Sequence record: OR892555.1
DNA: 64,000 nt
Reading direction: 5' to 3' (one strand)
DNA from: Escherichia phage EP1
Position 1 is the first letter of the stretch. Each line of letters starts with the position of its first letter. Below the pieces are notes generated by a model. The model saw nothing but the letters and a program-made list of their open reading frames with translations. It was not told the DNA's origin and ran no database searches. Below, piece by piece: positions 25,194 through 35,284 of this stretch. Position numbers and translations under genes: made by a program.

Positions 25194-25680
25194 TAAGTTT
25201 CATGATTTTATGGATTCTCTTCTCAGCATCTTCATAAGTCTCTTTAGTCAGAAACTTGATTGCTGCAATGTTTGCATTGTAGAAGAGTCGAAGCTTGGAG
25301 TCAATCCTTTTTGTCATGACGTCAAACTTATGTTGAAGGTTAGCTTCTCCGTAGACCAAACCACCTCGCGTATAATAAGTTTGCACAATATAGAAGTCAA
25401 ACTCTTTTTCACAGAAAGTTTCAATATCTTTCTTAATATACTCAGAAGAGGTCTGGTAAACCATCCAGTCACTCTCTTTTGTCACAATCTTACGTCTGGT
25501 CTTCCCAGCTACTTTCTTCTTGGTGACATTATTAAACTGCTTCTTACCAATGTAATACTGTCCAGTCTTTTTGCAGTACACTAAGTAAACGAAACCAAAA
25601 TACTTAGCGGGGTCAATCTCCCCGCACAGTGAAATCCAATGTCCATATTCATGGCAATTGCCAAAACCTTTAATCTTCAT
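25180..25680 (-). CDS. GIY-YIG family endonuclease-like protein
   Basis: FGFVYLVYCKKTGQYYIGKK matches the GIY...YIG spacing. Confidence 0.5.
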   Translation of the reverse strand: MKIKGFGNCHEYGHWISLCGEIDPAKYFGFVYLVYCKKTGQYYIGKKQFNNVTKKKVAGKTRRKIVTKESDWMVYQTSSEYIKKDIETFCEKEFDFYIVQTYYTRGGLVYGEANLQHKFDVMTKRIDSKLRLFYNANIAAIKFLTKETYEDAEKRIHKIMKLNERE

Positions 25681-26710
25681 TCATAACAGGCTCCCAACCA
25701 TATTTAGCAAAGGTGAAATCGTCTTTAGGGTTACGCTCTTGATAGGCAATCCAGAAGTGCTGGTGCATCAGTTCAAGAGGTGTTTTTGTAATCACCTGAC
25801 CATCCCACGATTCATAAGTGTATGACTCTTTCTTAGCGTAGAGTCCATAGATAGCATCAAGACACTCTTTATAGGTCTCTTTACCTTCCAGAGCGTTCAT
25901 TACAGCAACTTTCCCTGCACCCTTAAGGCCAAAGTAGTTATCTGCGTTATCTCCTGCTACAGCTTGATAGCAGAGGAATTTAAAGCCTACACCAACAGTC
26001 TTTTTAGCTTTTGGCTTAGACTTGATAGGGCAATCCCAAATATCACCTACATTGCCATCTGCAATGAAAATCAGAGGGGCTTTCTCGTAAGTCATATCAA
26101 TACAGTAAGTTCCTTCCGCTTGGCGAAGGTCTTTGTCAATGCTCATAAGAGCAGCCTTCTTACCCATCTTCTCAGCTTTTGCAATAACAATGGAGTCAGC
26201 TTCAAAGCCACCTTTGAGAAGCTTAAACTCAGGTCGTGACAGAAGATACTCACGACAAGCAACTAAATGCGTAGGGGTTACTGATTCTTTACGGTTACCT
26301 TGATACTGGTGTTCAAGACCTTTAATGTCTTTGTGTTTGTGTACACCTTTTTCAGTAAGGTATCCCATCCAAGTTCGCTCTTTACCAACAACCTTCAACC
26401 ATTCCTGAAGAACTTGCTGAGTTGCCATAATAGCTTCTTTTTCACTCTTAGCTTCTTTCCAAGACTGTCTTTCCCATTCATCTTCATCGAATGCAAGACC
26501 AAGTTCCTCTGTCAGAACTCTCTGGTCAGATAGCCATTGATTAGCATCTTTAGCACTCTCAAAAGCATCAGACTCTTCAGCAGTGAGTTTATTCACATAC
26601 TTGTACTTTGCTTTCTCAACGACACAGGCTCCCTTGTAAGCGATACTGTCAGAGTCAATAAAGACATGTGTCACAGTATCTGGGAGTTTTGTTAATGTGT
26701 ACTTTTCCAT
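25670..26710 (-). CDS. 5'-3' exonuclease / flap endonuclease (RNase H-like)
   Basis: HVFIDSDSIAYKG N-terminal motif and H3TH-like AGDNADNYFGLKGAGKVAV. Confidence 0.7.
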   Translation of the reverse strand: MEKYTLTKLPDTVTHVFIDSDSIAYKGACVVEKAKYKYVNKLTAEESDAFESAKDANQWLSDQRVLTEELGLAFDEDEWERQSWKEAKSEKEAIMATQQVLQEWLKVVGKERTWMGYLTEKGVHKHKDIKGLEHQYQGNRKESVTPTHLVACREYLLSRPEFKLLKGGFEADSIVIAKAEKMGKKAALMSIDKDLRQAEGTYCIDMTYEKAPLIFIADGNVGDIWDCPIKSKPKAKKTVGVGFKFLCYQAVAGDNADNYFGLKGAGKVAVMNALEGKETYKECLDAIYGLYAKKESYTYESWDGQVITKTPLELMHQHFWIAYQERNPKDDFTFAKYGWEPVMNED

Positions 26711-26723
26711 TTATATCTCCAAT

Positions 26724-26755
26724 ACGAAAAAGCCCCATACTAAGTACAGGGCTTT
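26724..26755 (-). terminator. terminator-like hairpin (AGCCCC...GGGGCT) then U-run
   Basis: imperfect stem with T-tract; lies between SSB-like gene and exonuclease gene. Confidence 0.5.
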
Positions 26756-26772
26756 GTAGTAACTACTGAGAA

Positions 26773-27627
26773 TTAATCTTCAGTATCAAAATCTTCTTCT
26801 TCGTCGTCATCTGGGTCTGGCATCTCTTCGTCGTCGTCGTCGTCAGAGTTAGTATCTTCAGAATCCTTCGCATCTTCTTCGGTAATTTCACCGTTATCTT
26901 CAACGCCATCCAGACCAAGCAGAGCCAGTTCATCTTCATCCAGTTCAGGCTCACCGTTACCACCTGTACCACCAGTGTACGGAACCAGAGTATCAATGAT
27001 AAACTGTTCCTGAATCGGCTTAGTCAGAACGTTGCTTTCAAAAGTGTAGAAGTGAGTTGCAAGAATCACACTACCAAATGAACCGTTACCTACTGCGATA
27101 TCTGGGTGAATAATGTCATAAGTTTTGTCGTCATCGTGTTTATCAGAATGTTGAGCCTTGATTTTCTTCATCGGCTGTTTAACTGCAACACGCTTACCGT
27201 TAACCTCTTCAATCAGCATAACAGGGAATGACTGTTTCGCTGTCCAGACCGCACCATCTTTATAAGCAGCAGCGCGACTTACTTTCAGAATGTGATAAGT
27301 GTCTGCTTCGAATGGTGGTTTGCAACCAAACTTCTCTTCGAAGTCATCTGCATCAACCGCTTCAGTTGTAACTTTATCCCAACCATCAGGATTCTTTTTA
27401 GACTTGGTGAACTCTTTAAAGAGTTTGTTACCGTCTTTTGCCAGAATCGAAACGCTGTAGTTACAGTCCTTGCCTGGGAATTTCTTATCAACTGACTTAC
27501 CTTTTCCCGGACGTGGGATAGTGTTCAGGTAGTAGAACCAAACATCTTTCAGCAAATAACGCAGAGTCTGACGTTCAGTACCGTTGTATTTTTCTACCGG
27601 AGATTTCATTTTAACAACTTTAGACAT
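26773..27627 (-). CDS. single-stranded DNA-binding protein-like, with acidic C-terminal tail
   Basis: C-terminus DDDDDEEMPDPDDDEEEDFDTED; start set to ATG at 27627 with GAGGA RBS. Confidence 0.5.
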   Translation of the reverse strand: MSKVVKMKSPVEKYNGTERQTLRYLLKDVWFYYLNTIPRPGKGKSVDKKFPGKDCNYSVSILAKDGNKLFKEFTKSKKNPDGWDKVTTEAVDADDFEEKFGCKPPFEADTYHILKVSRAAAYKDGAVWTAKQSFPVMLIEEVNGKRVAVKQPMKKIKAQHSDKHDDDKTYDIIHPDIAVGNGSFGSVILATHFYTFESNVLTKPIQEQFIIDTLVPYTGGTGGNGEPELDEDELALLGLDGVEDNGEITEEDAKDSEDTNSDDDDDEEMPDPDDDEEEDFDTED

Positions 27628-27712
27628 TCTTAAATCCTCTTTCTCAAAATTATTTCTTTCAAACTTGAAGGAGTACAATCTTACAGACTTCATACTCCCT
27701 TGTCAAACACTT

Positions 27713-27850
27713 TTAAGCAGATTTTTTAGCTGCTTTACGTGCTGTCTTACCAGTGCGAACACGTTTTGCTTCATAGTGTGCAGCAGATTTACCAGCAGTT
27801 GCTTTCAGTGAATCGCCAAATACTTTTTCAAACGCTTTAGAATGTTTCAT
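27713..27850 (-). CDS. possible small basic protein (45 aa) missed by the ORF track
   Basis: ATG overlaps upstream stop as ATGA; GGAGA RBS; translation MKHSKAFEKVFGDSLKATAGKSAAHYEAKRVRTGKTARKAAKKSA. Confidence 0.35.
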   Translation of the reverse strand: MKHSKAFEKVFGDSLKATAGKSAAHYEAKRVRTGKTARKAAKKSA

Positions 27851-28143
27851 ACAACTCTCCGATAAATTTCGTATTCAAATGTTTTGTCAGTTAACCTAAA
27901 CATATAGCCAGTATCGTTGTCAATAGAAACTAAGATTCCATCAATGACACTCTCAAGTTCTCTATATCCTAACTCAACCGTATGTCCTTTGTTAATGAGT
28001 ACTTTACAGAAATTGTCTATACGAGTCAAGCACTCTTTTTTAAATTTTACTGAATTTGTTTCTTCATAGAATGGCGTAAAACCCTCCTTAAGATACGCAT
28101 CAGTCAGTTTCAAACGGGCAGTCATCGTCTTCTCCATCTTCAT
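27847..28143 (-). CDS. hypothetical protein
   Basis: 98-aa ORF downstream of primase-helicase. Confidence 0.45.
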   Translation of the reverse strand: MKMEKTMTARLKLTDAYLKEGFTPFYEETNSVKFKKECLTRIDNFCKVLINKGHTVELGYRELESVIDGILVSIDNDTGYMFRLTDKTFEYEIYRRVV

Positions 28144-30097
28144 TTAACACTGGTGGAATGGTAGAACTTTGACGTTGCTCTTGAGTGTAAACCTCTCCAG
28201 TCTCACGGTCAAAGTCTTCGTCATCATAATGTGGCATAGAGTCATCATAGTGGTCATCGGCTTCACCAATACCAAACTGCTGACGAATATTCTCTGCTGC
28301 ACCATCAATATCAACACCGCTACCAGCAGCCTTGATAAGACGGCCTGTATCTGGATTATACCAAGTGTGACCAGCAATACCAGTTGACTTACCATGACGA
28401 CGGCATTTAGTTAACTTGATTTTTGTCAAGTTTTTCTTAACAGGGTCTGGGTCAACCTTGTTACGCATTAACAGAATGTTGTTCATGGAAATCTGGAAGT
28501 ATGCACCAGAACCCTTGATATCCTCTTCAGAAATATCACCACCTTCAGAGTTAGCTTTCTGACCGCCTGCACTCTTACGAACGTGGCAGACGTTTACCTG
28601 TGCATATTGGTAACGCTTGCAACGACGCAACAGTTCAGACAAGACTTCTTCTTCATCCGTATCAGAACGTGACAGAGCCAGTGTGATAGGGTCAAGAATG
28701 ATAATCTTACAGTCTAAGCTGTTAACCAGATAGTCAACAAACTCTAACAGGTTATCTTGGTCGATTGCCCCTTGGTGGTCAACGATATGGATACGACGAC
28801 CAGCAGACAACTCATCATGTGCAACCTTGATTTCATCCCAATTACGTTCATCGTAAGGAATCTCTGAAATCTGTTTACTCAAGTGAATTGCACAAAGCAT
28901 CTCCATTAACTCTTCATAAGTATCTTCTACAGGAATCACGCCAATATTGTAATCAGTTTCCTTCCAAGCAGTGTAAATCATTTCACGGGTGTAAGCTGAT
29001 TTACCTACTGAAGATGGTGCTGCCAGAGTTGTAATCTCCCCTAAACCGTAACCACCATAAGTCAGCCTGTTCAAGTCTCCAAAAGATTCTGGGAATGGAA
29101 TCAGTGGAATCTGACCACGATTCTTCATTGCATCAAAACCATCTGCGAAGTTCTTGATACCAGCAGGGCAGTAACGAGGTGCATTATAGATACGCTGTTT
29201 AAAACCTTCCAGTACTGTATCTTTCTCTTTGTAAAACTTAGTCCACCACTCATTCAGGTCTTTGACACCTTCTGGATACTGAAATAAGCGAACCTTCTCA
29301 ATCGGAAGAATACCAGCAGCCTCTTTAGTGGCTTTTGCACCTGCTTCATCGTTATCAAAGCACAGGTAAATCTCATCAAACGATGTGATGTACTGATAGT
29401 TGTCTTTGATAGACTTAATGTTTGCACCTGATGGAACAGATACGTGACAGTAATTCTTACGACGAGACTTGTCTTTGATTGCCAGAGAAGTCATGTAGAT
29501 TGCTGTAGCACATTCCATCTCACCTTCCCAGATGAATAGACGGTTGCCACCTTCTGGAGCAATCCATGAACCGAACATTGCCAGTTCACCTTTAATATCC
29601 CCTACACCACCTGAGAAGTCTTTAAGCTTACCACGAAGATGCTCTTTCGGATGGTCTTCTGGGTAACGGTGACGAACACGATAACCTACATGTTCAAGTT
29701 TTCCATTTTCATCTTTCTTGTAAGTTGGGTAAAAGTGTGCATCAATCTCACCTTCACCATCTACATCAACCTTTATTCCAAGACGGTCGAGAACCTTTGC
29801 AGGAATCTTACGGTCTTTCAAATCCATCGCTTCAAGGTTATCTTTTACATCGTCTAAATCCATACCACGGAAAGTACGATTTTTATTGTCTGAACCAGTA
29901 GAATAAGTACTCACAATTTGCCCTTTATCAAAATCCCACTCTGGAAAACCCTTGTTGCAACTAAAGCAAGTCATCGAATAAGAATCATCGTCATGATGAT
30001 AGATTGAACCAGCATCTGATGAACCACACTTAGGGCAAGCACAATGACCAACAAACTGACCAGCTTCCTTCAATTTACGACCTTTAGACATTAGCAC
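28100..30097 (-). CDS. bifunctional DNA primase-helicase (T7 gp4-like)
   Basis: N-terminal zinc ribbon CPKCGS...CFSCNKG, TOPRIM-type DNDEAG, Walker A LAAPSSVGKSAYT. Confidence 0.85.
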   Translation of the reverse strand: MLMSKGRKLKEAGQFVGHCACPKCGSSDAGSIYHHDDDSYSMTCFSCNKGFPEWDFDKGQIVSTYSTGSDNKNRTFRGMDLDDVKDNLEAMDLKDRKIPAKVLDRLGIKVDVDGEGEIDAHFYPTYKKDENGKLEHVGYRVRHRYPEDHPKEHLRGKLKDFSGGVGDIKGELAMFGSWIAPEGGNRLFIWEGEMECATAIYMTSLAIKDKSRRKNYCHVSVPSGANIKSIKDNYQYITSFDEIYLCFDNDEAGAKATKEAAGILPIEKVRLFQYPEGVKDLNEWWTKFYKEKDTVLEGFKQRIYNAPRYCPAGIKNFADGFDAMKNRGQIPLIPFPESFGDLNRLTYGGYGLGEITTLAAPSSVGKSAYTREMIYTAWKETDYNIGVIPVEDTYEELMEMLCAIHLSKQISEIPYDERNWDEIKVAHDELSAGRRIHIVDHQGAIDQDNLLEFVDYLVNSLDCKIIILDPITLALSRSDTDEEEVLSELLRRCKRYQYAQVNVCHVRKSAGGQKANSEGGDISEEDIKGSGAYFQISMNNILLMRNKVDPDPVKKNLTKIKLTKCRRHGKSTGIAGHTWYNPDTGRLIKAAGSGVDIDGAAENIRQQFGIGEADDHYDDSMPHYDDEDFDRETGEVYTQEQRQSSTIPPVLNEDGEDDDCPFETD

Positions 30098-30281
30098 CTC
30101 TGCGTTGTAGTTCTGCTTTTAAGCCATTTTCAATCTTGTCTAGCTCGTGAATCTCTTCTGCAATCTCTTTCCGTCTTGAAGCTACCCTTTCAAGTCGCTC
30201 CATCATAACTTCTTTGGAAAGAGATGAGAGTTCAACCGAACGATGGTCAATAACTTCTAAATTATTTACTCTCATCTTCAT
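30084..30281 (-). CDS. small coiled-coil protein
   Basis: 65-aa ORF. Confidence 0.35.
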   Translation of the reverse strand: MKMRVNNLEVIDHRSVELSSLSKEVMMERLERVASRRKEIAEEIHELDKIENGLKAELQRRGANV

Positions 30282-30286
30282 CTCTC

Positions 30287-31030
30287 TTATTTAATGATAA
30301 TAGTTTTCAGCTTATTTTCGAGGTCTTCAAGACTACCATTGTTTTGAATAATGTCACGTTCAAATTTGGTAGAAATCCCATTTTCTGATTTATGTGATGA
30401 AACCTTAACCAGATTGTCTCTTTTTACCTCAATGATTTGGCTATCAAAAGACTTTAAGAACTCTGCTTCGTGGTCAAAACGTAAGTCACTAATCAGTGCA
30501 ATACCATACTGGTTAGCTTTTGAGCATGATTCAAAGAACCTTTCCATCCTTTCTGCAAGGTCACGAATCCAGAACTTCTCTCCAAGAACTTTCCTGATAA
30601 CTTCAGTTCCCCAGATTTGTTGAATCTGACGTGAAGAGAACTTGTAGGTTTTGCTAAGTCCCATTCTGGTTAGTAGAGTCGGTTTAGCAACCTTCTTCAG
30701 CTCCATGATTAAGCGTCCAGTTAGTTCACCACATAACTTGACGTCAAGATGCAAGTTTTTGTGCGGGAATACCTGTTCAAGTGACCATTGAACTGCAAAG
30801 TACAGGTCAGAGAATCTTAAGTTGAACTTTTGAGGTGTCTCTTTAGTTTCACCATATAAATCATTCCAGTCAAGACCAAAGATGTATGCAGCAGATTCTT
30901 TTAAACTGTCTGCAAAAGCAAAGATGTGAACGTTGTAACCTTCTTCTTCTTGAAGAAAGTTCTTGGTCAACATGCAGGAAGTGTCCTTACCAGAACGAGC
31001 CTTTCCAGTAAATGCAATAATACTTTTCAT
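30287..31030 (-). CDS. deoxynucleoside monophosphate kinase-like P-loop protein
   Basis: N-terminal IAFTGKARSGKDT P-loop as in phage dNMP kinases. Confidence 0.55.
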   Translation of the reverse strand: MKSIIAFTGKARSGKDTSCMLTKNFLQEEEGYNVHIFAFADSLKESAAYIFGLDWNDLYGETKETPQKFNLRFSDLYFAVQWSLEQVFPHKNLHLDVKLCGELTGRLIMELKKVAKPTLLTRMGLSKTYKFSSRQIQQIWGTEVIRKVLGEKFWIRDLAERMERFFESCSKANQYGIALISDLRFDHEAEFLKSFDSQIIEVKRDNLVKVSSHKSENGISTKFERDIIQNNGSLEDLENKLKTIIIK

Positions 31031-31047
31031 ATACCATTATCTCCATA

Positions 31048-31075
31048 CGAAAAAGCCCCCAATTAAGGAGGCTTT
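31048..31075 (-). terminator. terminator-like hairpin (AGCCCCC-aattaa-GGAGGCT) then U-run
   Basis: 7-bp stem with one mismatch plus T-tract. Confidence 0.5.
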
Positions 31076-31090
31076 GGGAAAACAATTCTA

Positions 31091-31894
31091 TTAGTGAATA
31101 TGTGTAGAATCAAGCTTTTCTTTTTCAGACAGAGCCTGAATAGTTGCTACAAACTCGTCACCAAAGTTGATGGCAATCTTATCTTGAAGTACTGCCGCAC
31201 CAGTTTGCATGATAACTTCACGAAGTGCTTCACCACTTACGTTACCAGCAATCTGCTCTACAAACTCAATAGGTGCATCAATCAAACCTGCAACTTCGAA
31301 CAGGGCGTGAATACTCATAACAGTGATGATTGAAGGAACCAGAGCAGTCAGTTTGACTTGAATCTCATCAAGGCCACGTTCAGCTTCGTTGCCAACAATC
31401 TCTTGGAGTTGCTCTTTGGTTAACTTCACCATTTCCTGTGAACGCTCAAAGATATCTGCAAAACCCCAATCCAGTTTTTCATAACGTGGAAGTTTCTCTT
31501 GAACACGCTTCTCAAGTACAGCCATCACACTTGCAATGGAGTTGATAATCAGGTTGAATGTGTCATCTTCAGTGAATTCAAGCAGTGCTTCTTTCTCTTC
31601 TTCAGAGAGAACTTTGTAGTCACCAGTTTGCATCTTGTCAAAGATGTAGCCTGTAAAGGCATCCACACCAACAGCTACTGAAGCAAGAGCAAGTTGACGG
31701 TTATTCAGAAGCAGTTCAACCTGTGAGCGAAATGCTGACTCATCAGAGATTTCTGCATTAGCCTGATAAGATTCAGGAGTTGCTTGTGAACTGAAGGTAT
31801 TGCTACGCATGACAATAGCAAGGCTTTCAACAGTGTTCAGCATAAAGTTGCTATCAATACCTTTAGAGGCCAGCATTTCATTTACAGTAGTCAT
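31091..31894 (-). CDS. hypothetical protein
   Basis: 267-aa acidic ORF. Confidence 0.5.
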   Translation of the reverse strand: MTTVNEMLASKGIDSNFMLNTVESLAIVMRSNTFSSQATPESYQANAEISDESAFRSQVELLLNNRQLALASVAVGVDAFTGYIFDKMQTGDYKVLSEEEKEALLEFTEDDTFNLIINSIASVMAVLEKRVQEKLPRYEKLDWGFADIFERSQEMVKLTKEQLQEIVGNEAERGLDEIQVKLTALVPSIITVMSIHALFEVAGLIDAPIEFVEQIAGNVSGEALREVIMQTGAAVLQDKIAINFGDEFVATIQALSEKEKLDSTHIH

Positions 31895-31895
31895 A

Positions 31896-32318
31896 TTAAC
31901 TCTCTCTCATTTTGTTAAGTGTTTGTCGTGATAACTTTAAGCTTTCTGTAGAGGAAAAGTCAAGAACTTTTTCAGACCTTGGGAAGTAGTGTCTATCCCA
32001 TGAACTTTCTACATCGCTAATCAGTGTTGTTAGGTTATCTAAGTCTGTTCCGTTTTGCAACTTCTTTTTTAAAGAATCTATCAAGAAGAGTGTATCTTTT
32101 GCTTTACGCCTCTCAGCAGATATCTCCTTCATATGCTCAAAGACTGAACATTTCATTCTTTCATCGTAACCTTCGGAGAGTTCAATCTCATGTTGAACAT
32201 CAACCATTCGACGATGATGGTAAGCGTACTCCTTTTGAGCAGCAATGTCAAGTTCTTCCAACTTTTTTAAAGCTCTCATGAAGTCAGCTATGTCTGGGTG
32301 AACAAACATTCTCTGCAT
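31896..32318 (-). CDS. hypothetical protein
   Basis: 140-aa ORF, first gene of the minus-strand block. Confidence 0.5.
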   Translation of the reverse strand: MQRMFVHPDIADFMRALKKLEELDIAAQKEYAYHHRRMVDVQHEIELSEGYDERMKCSVFEHMKEISAERRKAKDTLFLIDSLKKKLQNGTDLDNLTTLISDVESSWDRHYFPRSEKVLDFSSTESLKLSRQTLNKMRES

Positions 32319-32515
32319 AATGCCCTCTTTTAAGTACCTATTAAACTTAATCTGTTTTCTTTACGTATTCTATACGTATAACTTTAAAGCTTCTTAAAAG
32401 CTATTAAAAATCTTTTAAGGGTTTTTAAAGAAACTGTATAGTTAATCTGTAAAGGGAGTCTTTTAAGTTAAAACCCACTCCGCAAGATTAACACCTTGTC
32501 AAGTGAATTGTCAAC

Positions 32516-32544
32516 TTGCTTTTTTAAACTTTTTGCAGTAATGT
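32516..32544 (+). promoter_or_regulatory. candidate sigma70-like promoter for the DNA polymerase operon (TTGCTT-17 nt-TAATGT)
   Basis: hexamers in the divergent intergenic region; GGAG RBS before ATG at 32576. Confidence 0.4.
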
Positions 32545-32575
32545 ATTGAGTCAATGATTTTGAGAGGGAGTAAAA

Positions 32576-35275
32576 ATGGAAAACGTAGATTTTGAAAACT
32601 TGCACTTGGTAGGTGATACAGAAACTGATGGGTTACTCCTTGAGTTCACAAAAGCACATGTAATGGCATTTGCAGATTACAAAGATGATGGTGATGAACC
32701 TGCTGTGTGGGTATTCACCGATGAACCTATTCTTGGTCACAAATGCACTAAGTACATCAAAGGTGGTCTTCGTGAAGGTGTAGAGTTTGCTCTCAAGGCA
32801 AAGCGTCTCTGTATTCATAACGGTCTTGGCTACGACTGGTGGGTGTTCAATCACATTGCACCGGACTTATGGAACTTTGACAATCCGAAGTGTAAACCTT
32901 GGGGAGACTTCTTTCAGGATTCTCTTATTCAGTCTCGTGTTCAGTGGATGGATAGACCTACACCAAAAGGTTACAAAGGTGCGCATGGTTTGGCTGCATG
33001 GGGTGCTCGTGTTGGTGTTCGTAAACCAGAGATTGAAGAGTGGGGTGTTTGGAATGCTGACATTCTGAACCGTGTTGTTGAGGATATTCGAATCAACGCC
33101 AAAACTAAACGTGCTCTTGATAACGAATACCTGAAGTTGAAGAAGTGTGGTGTAGACACTTACGAAACCTACATGCGAGCTAAAGAAACATCTTTCTGGA
33201 TGAGTCAGCAAGCCATCAACGGTTGGAAAGCTGATATTGAACTTATGCAGTTCCATGTCAAAGAACTTGACAGATTGACTGATGAATTAGCTGCTGAAGT
33301 TGAGCCTCATCTACCACCGACTATTAAGACGAAAGGTAAAGTTACTGGTGAAGAGTTTGCAAGGGCTTGGAACGAGTATGTTGAGACATTTGGTAAAGCA
33401 GATGGTCTGAAGCGCATCACTAAGTATCCAAAAACTAAGTTCCGTCAGCAGGTTCGTAATGGTGAGATGCAGACTTACGCTATCAAACCTTTTGGTAAAC
33501 CAACTACCAAGATTTTCAACATTGAGAAGCGTAACTGCTACACTCCAACTAACACGGTTACTGGAGAAGAGTACAAAGAAGGCTTCGTGGCAATGAAAGA
33601 TGCTCGTGCAGTTTGTAACGAGTTGAATGCTGCGATTGATAAGAAGTGCAAAGACTGGAAACCAGTTAAGACCGTGAAGACTGTGAAGTACTACAATAAT
33701 CACGTAGTAAATCACTTTGAACTTGAGTCAAGTCGTTACACAGGTTTGATTGATGCACCTTATACACCAATTGAGTTCGAAGTTTCACGCATGACTCAGG
33801 TTGCGGTTGTGAAGGATTATCTGAAAACTCTTGGCTGGATTCCTGATGACTGGAACTACAAGAAAGACTCTGATGGTCGTCCGGTGAAGGTTTGTCGCTT
33901 CAAAGACAACAAGAAGATGATTCGTAAACATCCGAAATGGCAAGAGATGGTGGAACGTTGCGGATTGAACTATGTTGAACATGAAGGTGTACAGTATATC
34001 GAACACAACTGGTCTGTGAAGAAGTACACAGATTTGCTTGAGCCTTGCTTGATTCGTACTTCACCGAAACTGACTGAATCATCTTACGATACAATTGAAG
34101 GTGAACTTGGACAGAAGATTGCGAAGTACTACACTTTGATGCACCGACGCAGAACTATTGAGAACTCAAAGGATGATGAAAAAGGTTGGTTAAACCAGAT
34201 TCGTCCAGATGGTCGTTTGAGTGCTGGTGCAATGGTGTTTGGTACTTCAACTGGACGCATGACACAATACGGAATTGTGAACGTACCTTCTGGTGCTGCT
34301 GTTTACGGTGAACCAATGAGGGCAGTCTGGATTTGTGAAGAAGGAACAAACGTAGTTTCCGTTGACATGAACTCTGCACAGCTTGTTTTACTGTGTAACT
34401 TTATGGGTGATAAAGAGTTCACCAAAGCGGTAACTCAGGGTAAAGAAGAGATTGAGTTTATCCGTCAGGAAGATGGCAGATATTACTGCAAACACTTTGA
34501 CGAATACCTGAATCCAGAAGTTGATAAGTATCTGCGTTATGACTCTGAAAACGACTTGTACGTAGTTTACTCAGGCACTGATGCTCATACACTGAACAGT
34601 ATCTACTTCAGCTTGAACGAAGAACAAGATATCTTGACTTGTCGTATGACTCAGGATGAAAATCTTCTTCACGAAATTAGTAAAGGTCGTAAAAAAGCTA
34701 AGAATGGTATCTATGCGTTACTGTTCGGTGCTGGTGATGAAAAGTTTGCTAAAACGATTAAAGCTGCGACTACTCAGGAAGGTGCATTGACTAAACAGAC
34801 TTACTTTGTGCGCTTGCCGAAGATTAAGAAACTGTTAGATGACTTGGAAGCTGACTTTAAGGCAACTAAGAAAGCACTTGAAGAGGTGTTTGGTAAAACT
34901 GCTGCAATTGCTAAAGGTGGTTTTGTCAAGGTAGCTGGAGCATGGTTGTGGTGTAAGTCTCCACACAAACTGTTAAACTATTTGCTGATGGGTTCAGAAA
35001 GTCAGGTTCAAAATGAGGCAATTAACCTTGCTTGTCGTAGAGCCTATGACGAAGGGTTGATGAAATTGAATGGACGTAAGCCAGCTATCGGCGCTAGGCT
35101 TCTTCTGGCATACCACGATGAGAATAGTTGGGAATGTCCAGAGAGTATGACTCAAGAAGTTAAAGCTATTACTGACTGGATGTACGGACAGGCTTCTAAA
35201 AACCTTGGGCTAAGGAAAGAAACTATGGTAACAGGTACTGGTAAGGTTGGTAAGAGTTGGTTGGAAGTGCACTAA
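32576..35275 (+). CDS. DNA polymerase, family A, with 3'-5' exonuclease domain
   Basis: 899 aa; exo motif VGDTETDGL; polymerase motif A DMNSAQLVLL, motif B KNGIYALLFGAG, motif C YHDE. Confidence 0.9.
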   Translation: MENVDFENLHLVGDTETDGLLLEFTKAHVMAFADYKDDGDEPAVWVFTDEPILGHKCTKYIKGGLREGVEFALKAKRLCIHNGLGYDWWVFNHIAPDLWNFDNPKCKPWGDFFQDSLIQSRVQWMDRPTPKGYKGAHGLAAWGARVGVRKPEIEEWGVWNADILNRVVEDIRINAKTKRALDNEYLKLKKCGVDTYETYMRAKETSFWMSQQAINGWKADIELMQFHVKELDRLTDELAAEVEPHLPPTIKTKGKVTGEEFARAWNEYVETFGKADGLKRITKYPKTKFRQQVRNGEMQTYAIKPFGKPTTKIFNIEKRNCYTPTNTVTGEEYKEGFVAMKDARAVCNELNAAIDKKCKDWKPVKTVKTVKYYNNHVVNHFELESSRYTGLIDAPYTPIEFEVSRMTQVAVVKDYLKTLGWIPDDWNYKKDSDGRPVKVCRFKDNKKMIRKHPKWQEMVERCGLNYVEHEGVQYIEHNWSVKKYTDLLEPCLIRTSPKLTESSYDTIEGELGQKIAKYYTLMHRRRTIENSKDDEKGWLNQIRPDGRLSAGAMVFGTSTGRMTQYGIVNVPSGAAVYGEPMRAVWICEEGTNVVSVDMNSAQLVLLCNFMGDKEFTKAVTQGKEEIEFIRQEDGRYYCKHFDEYLNPEVDKYLRYDSENDLYVVYSGTDAHTLNSIYFSLNEEQDILTCRMTQDENLLHEISKGRKKAKNGIYALLFGAGDEKFAKTIKAATTQEGALTKQTYFVRLPKIKKLLDDLEADFKATKKALEEVFGKTAAIAKGGFVKVAGAWLWCKSPHKLLNYLLMGSESQVQNEAINLACRRAYDEGLMKLNGRKPAIGARLLLAYHDENSWECPESMTQEVKAITDWMYGQASKNLGLRKETMVTGTGKVGKSWLEVH

Positions 35276-35284
35276 GGTATTGAA

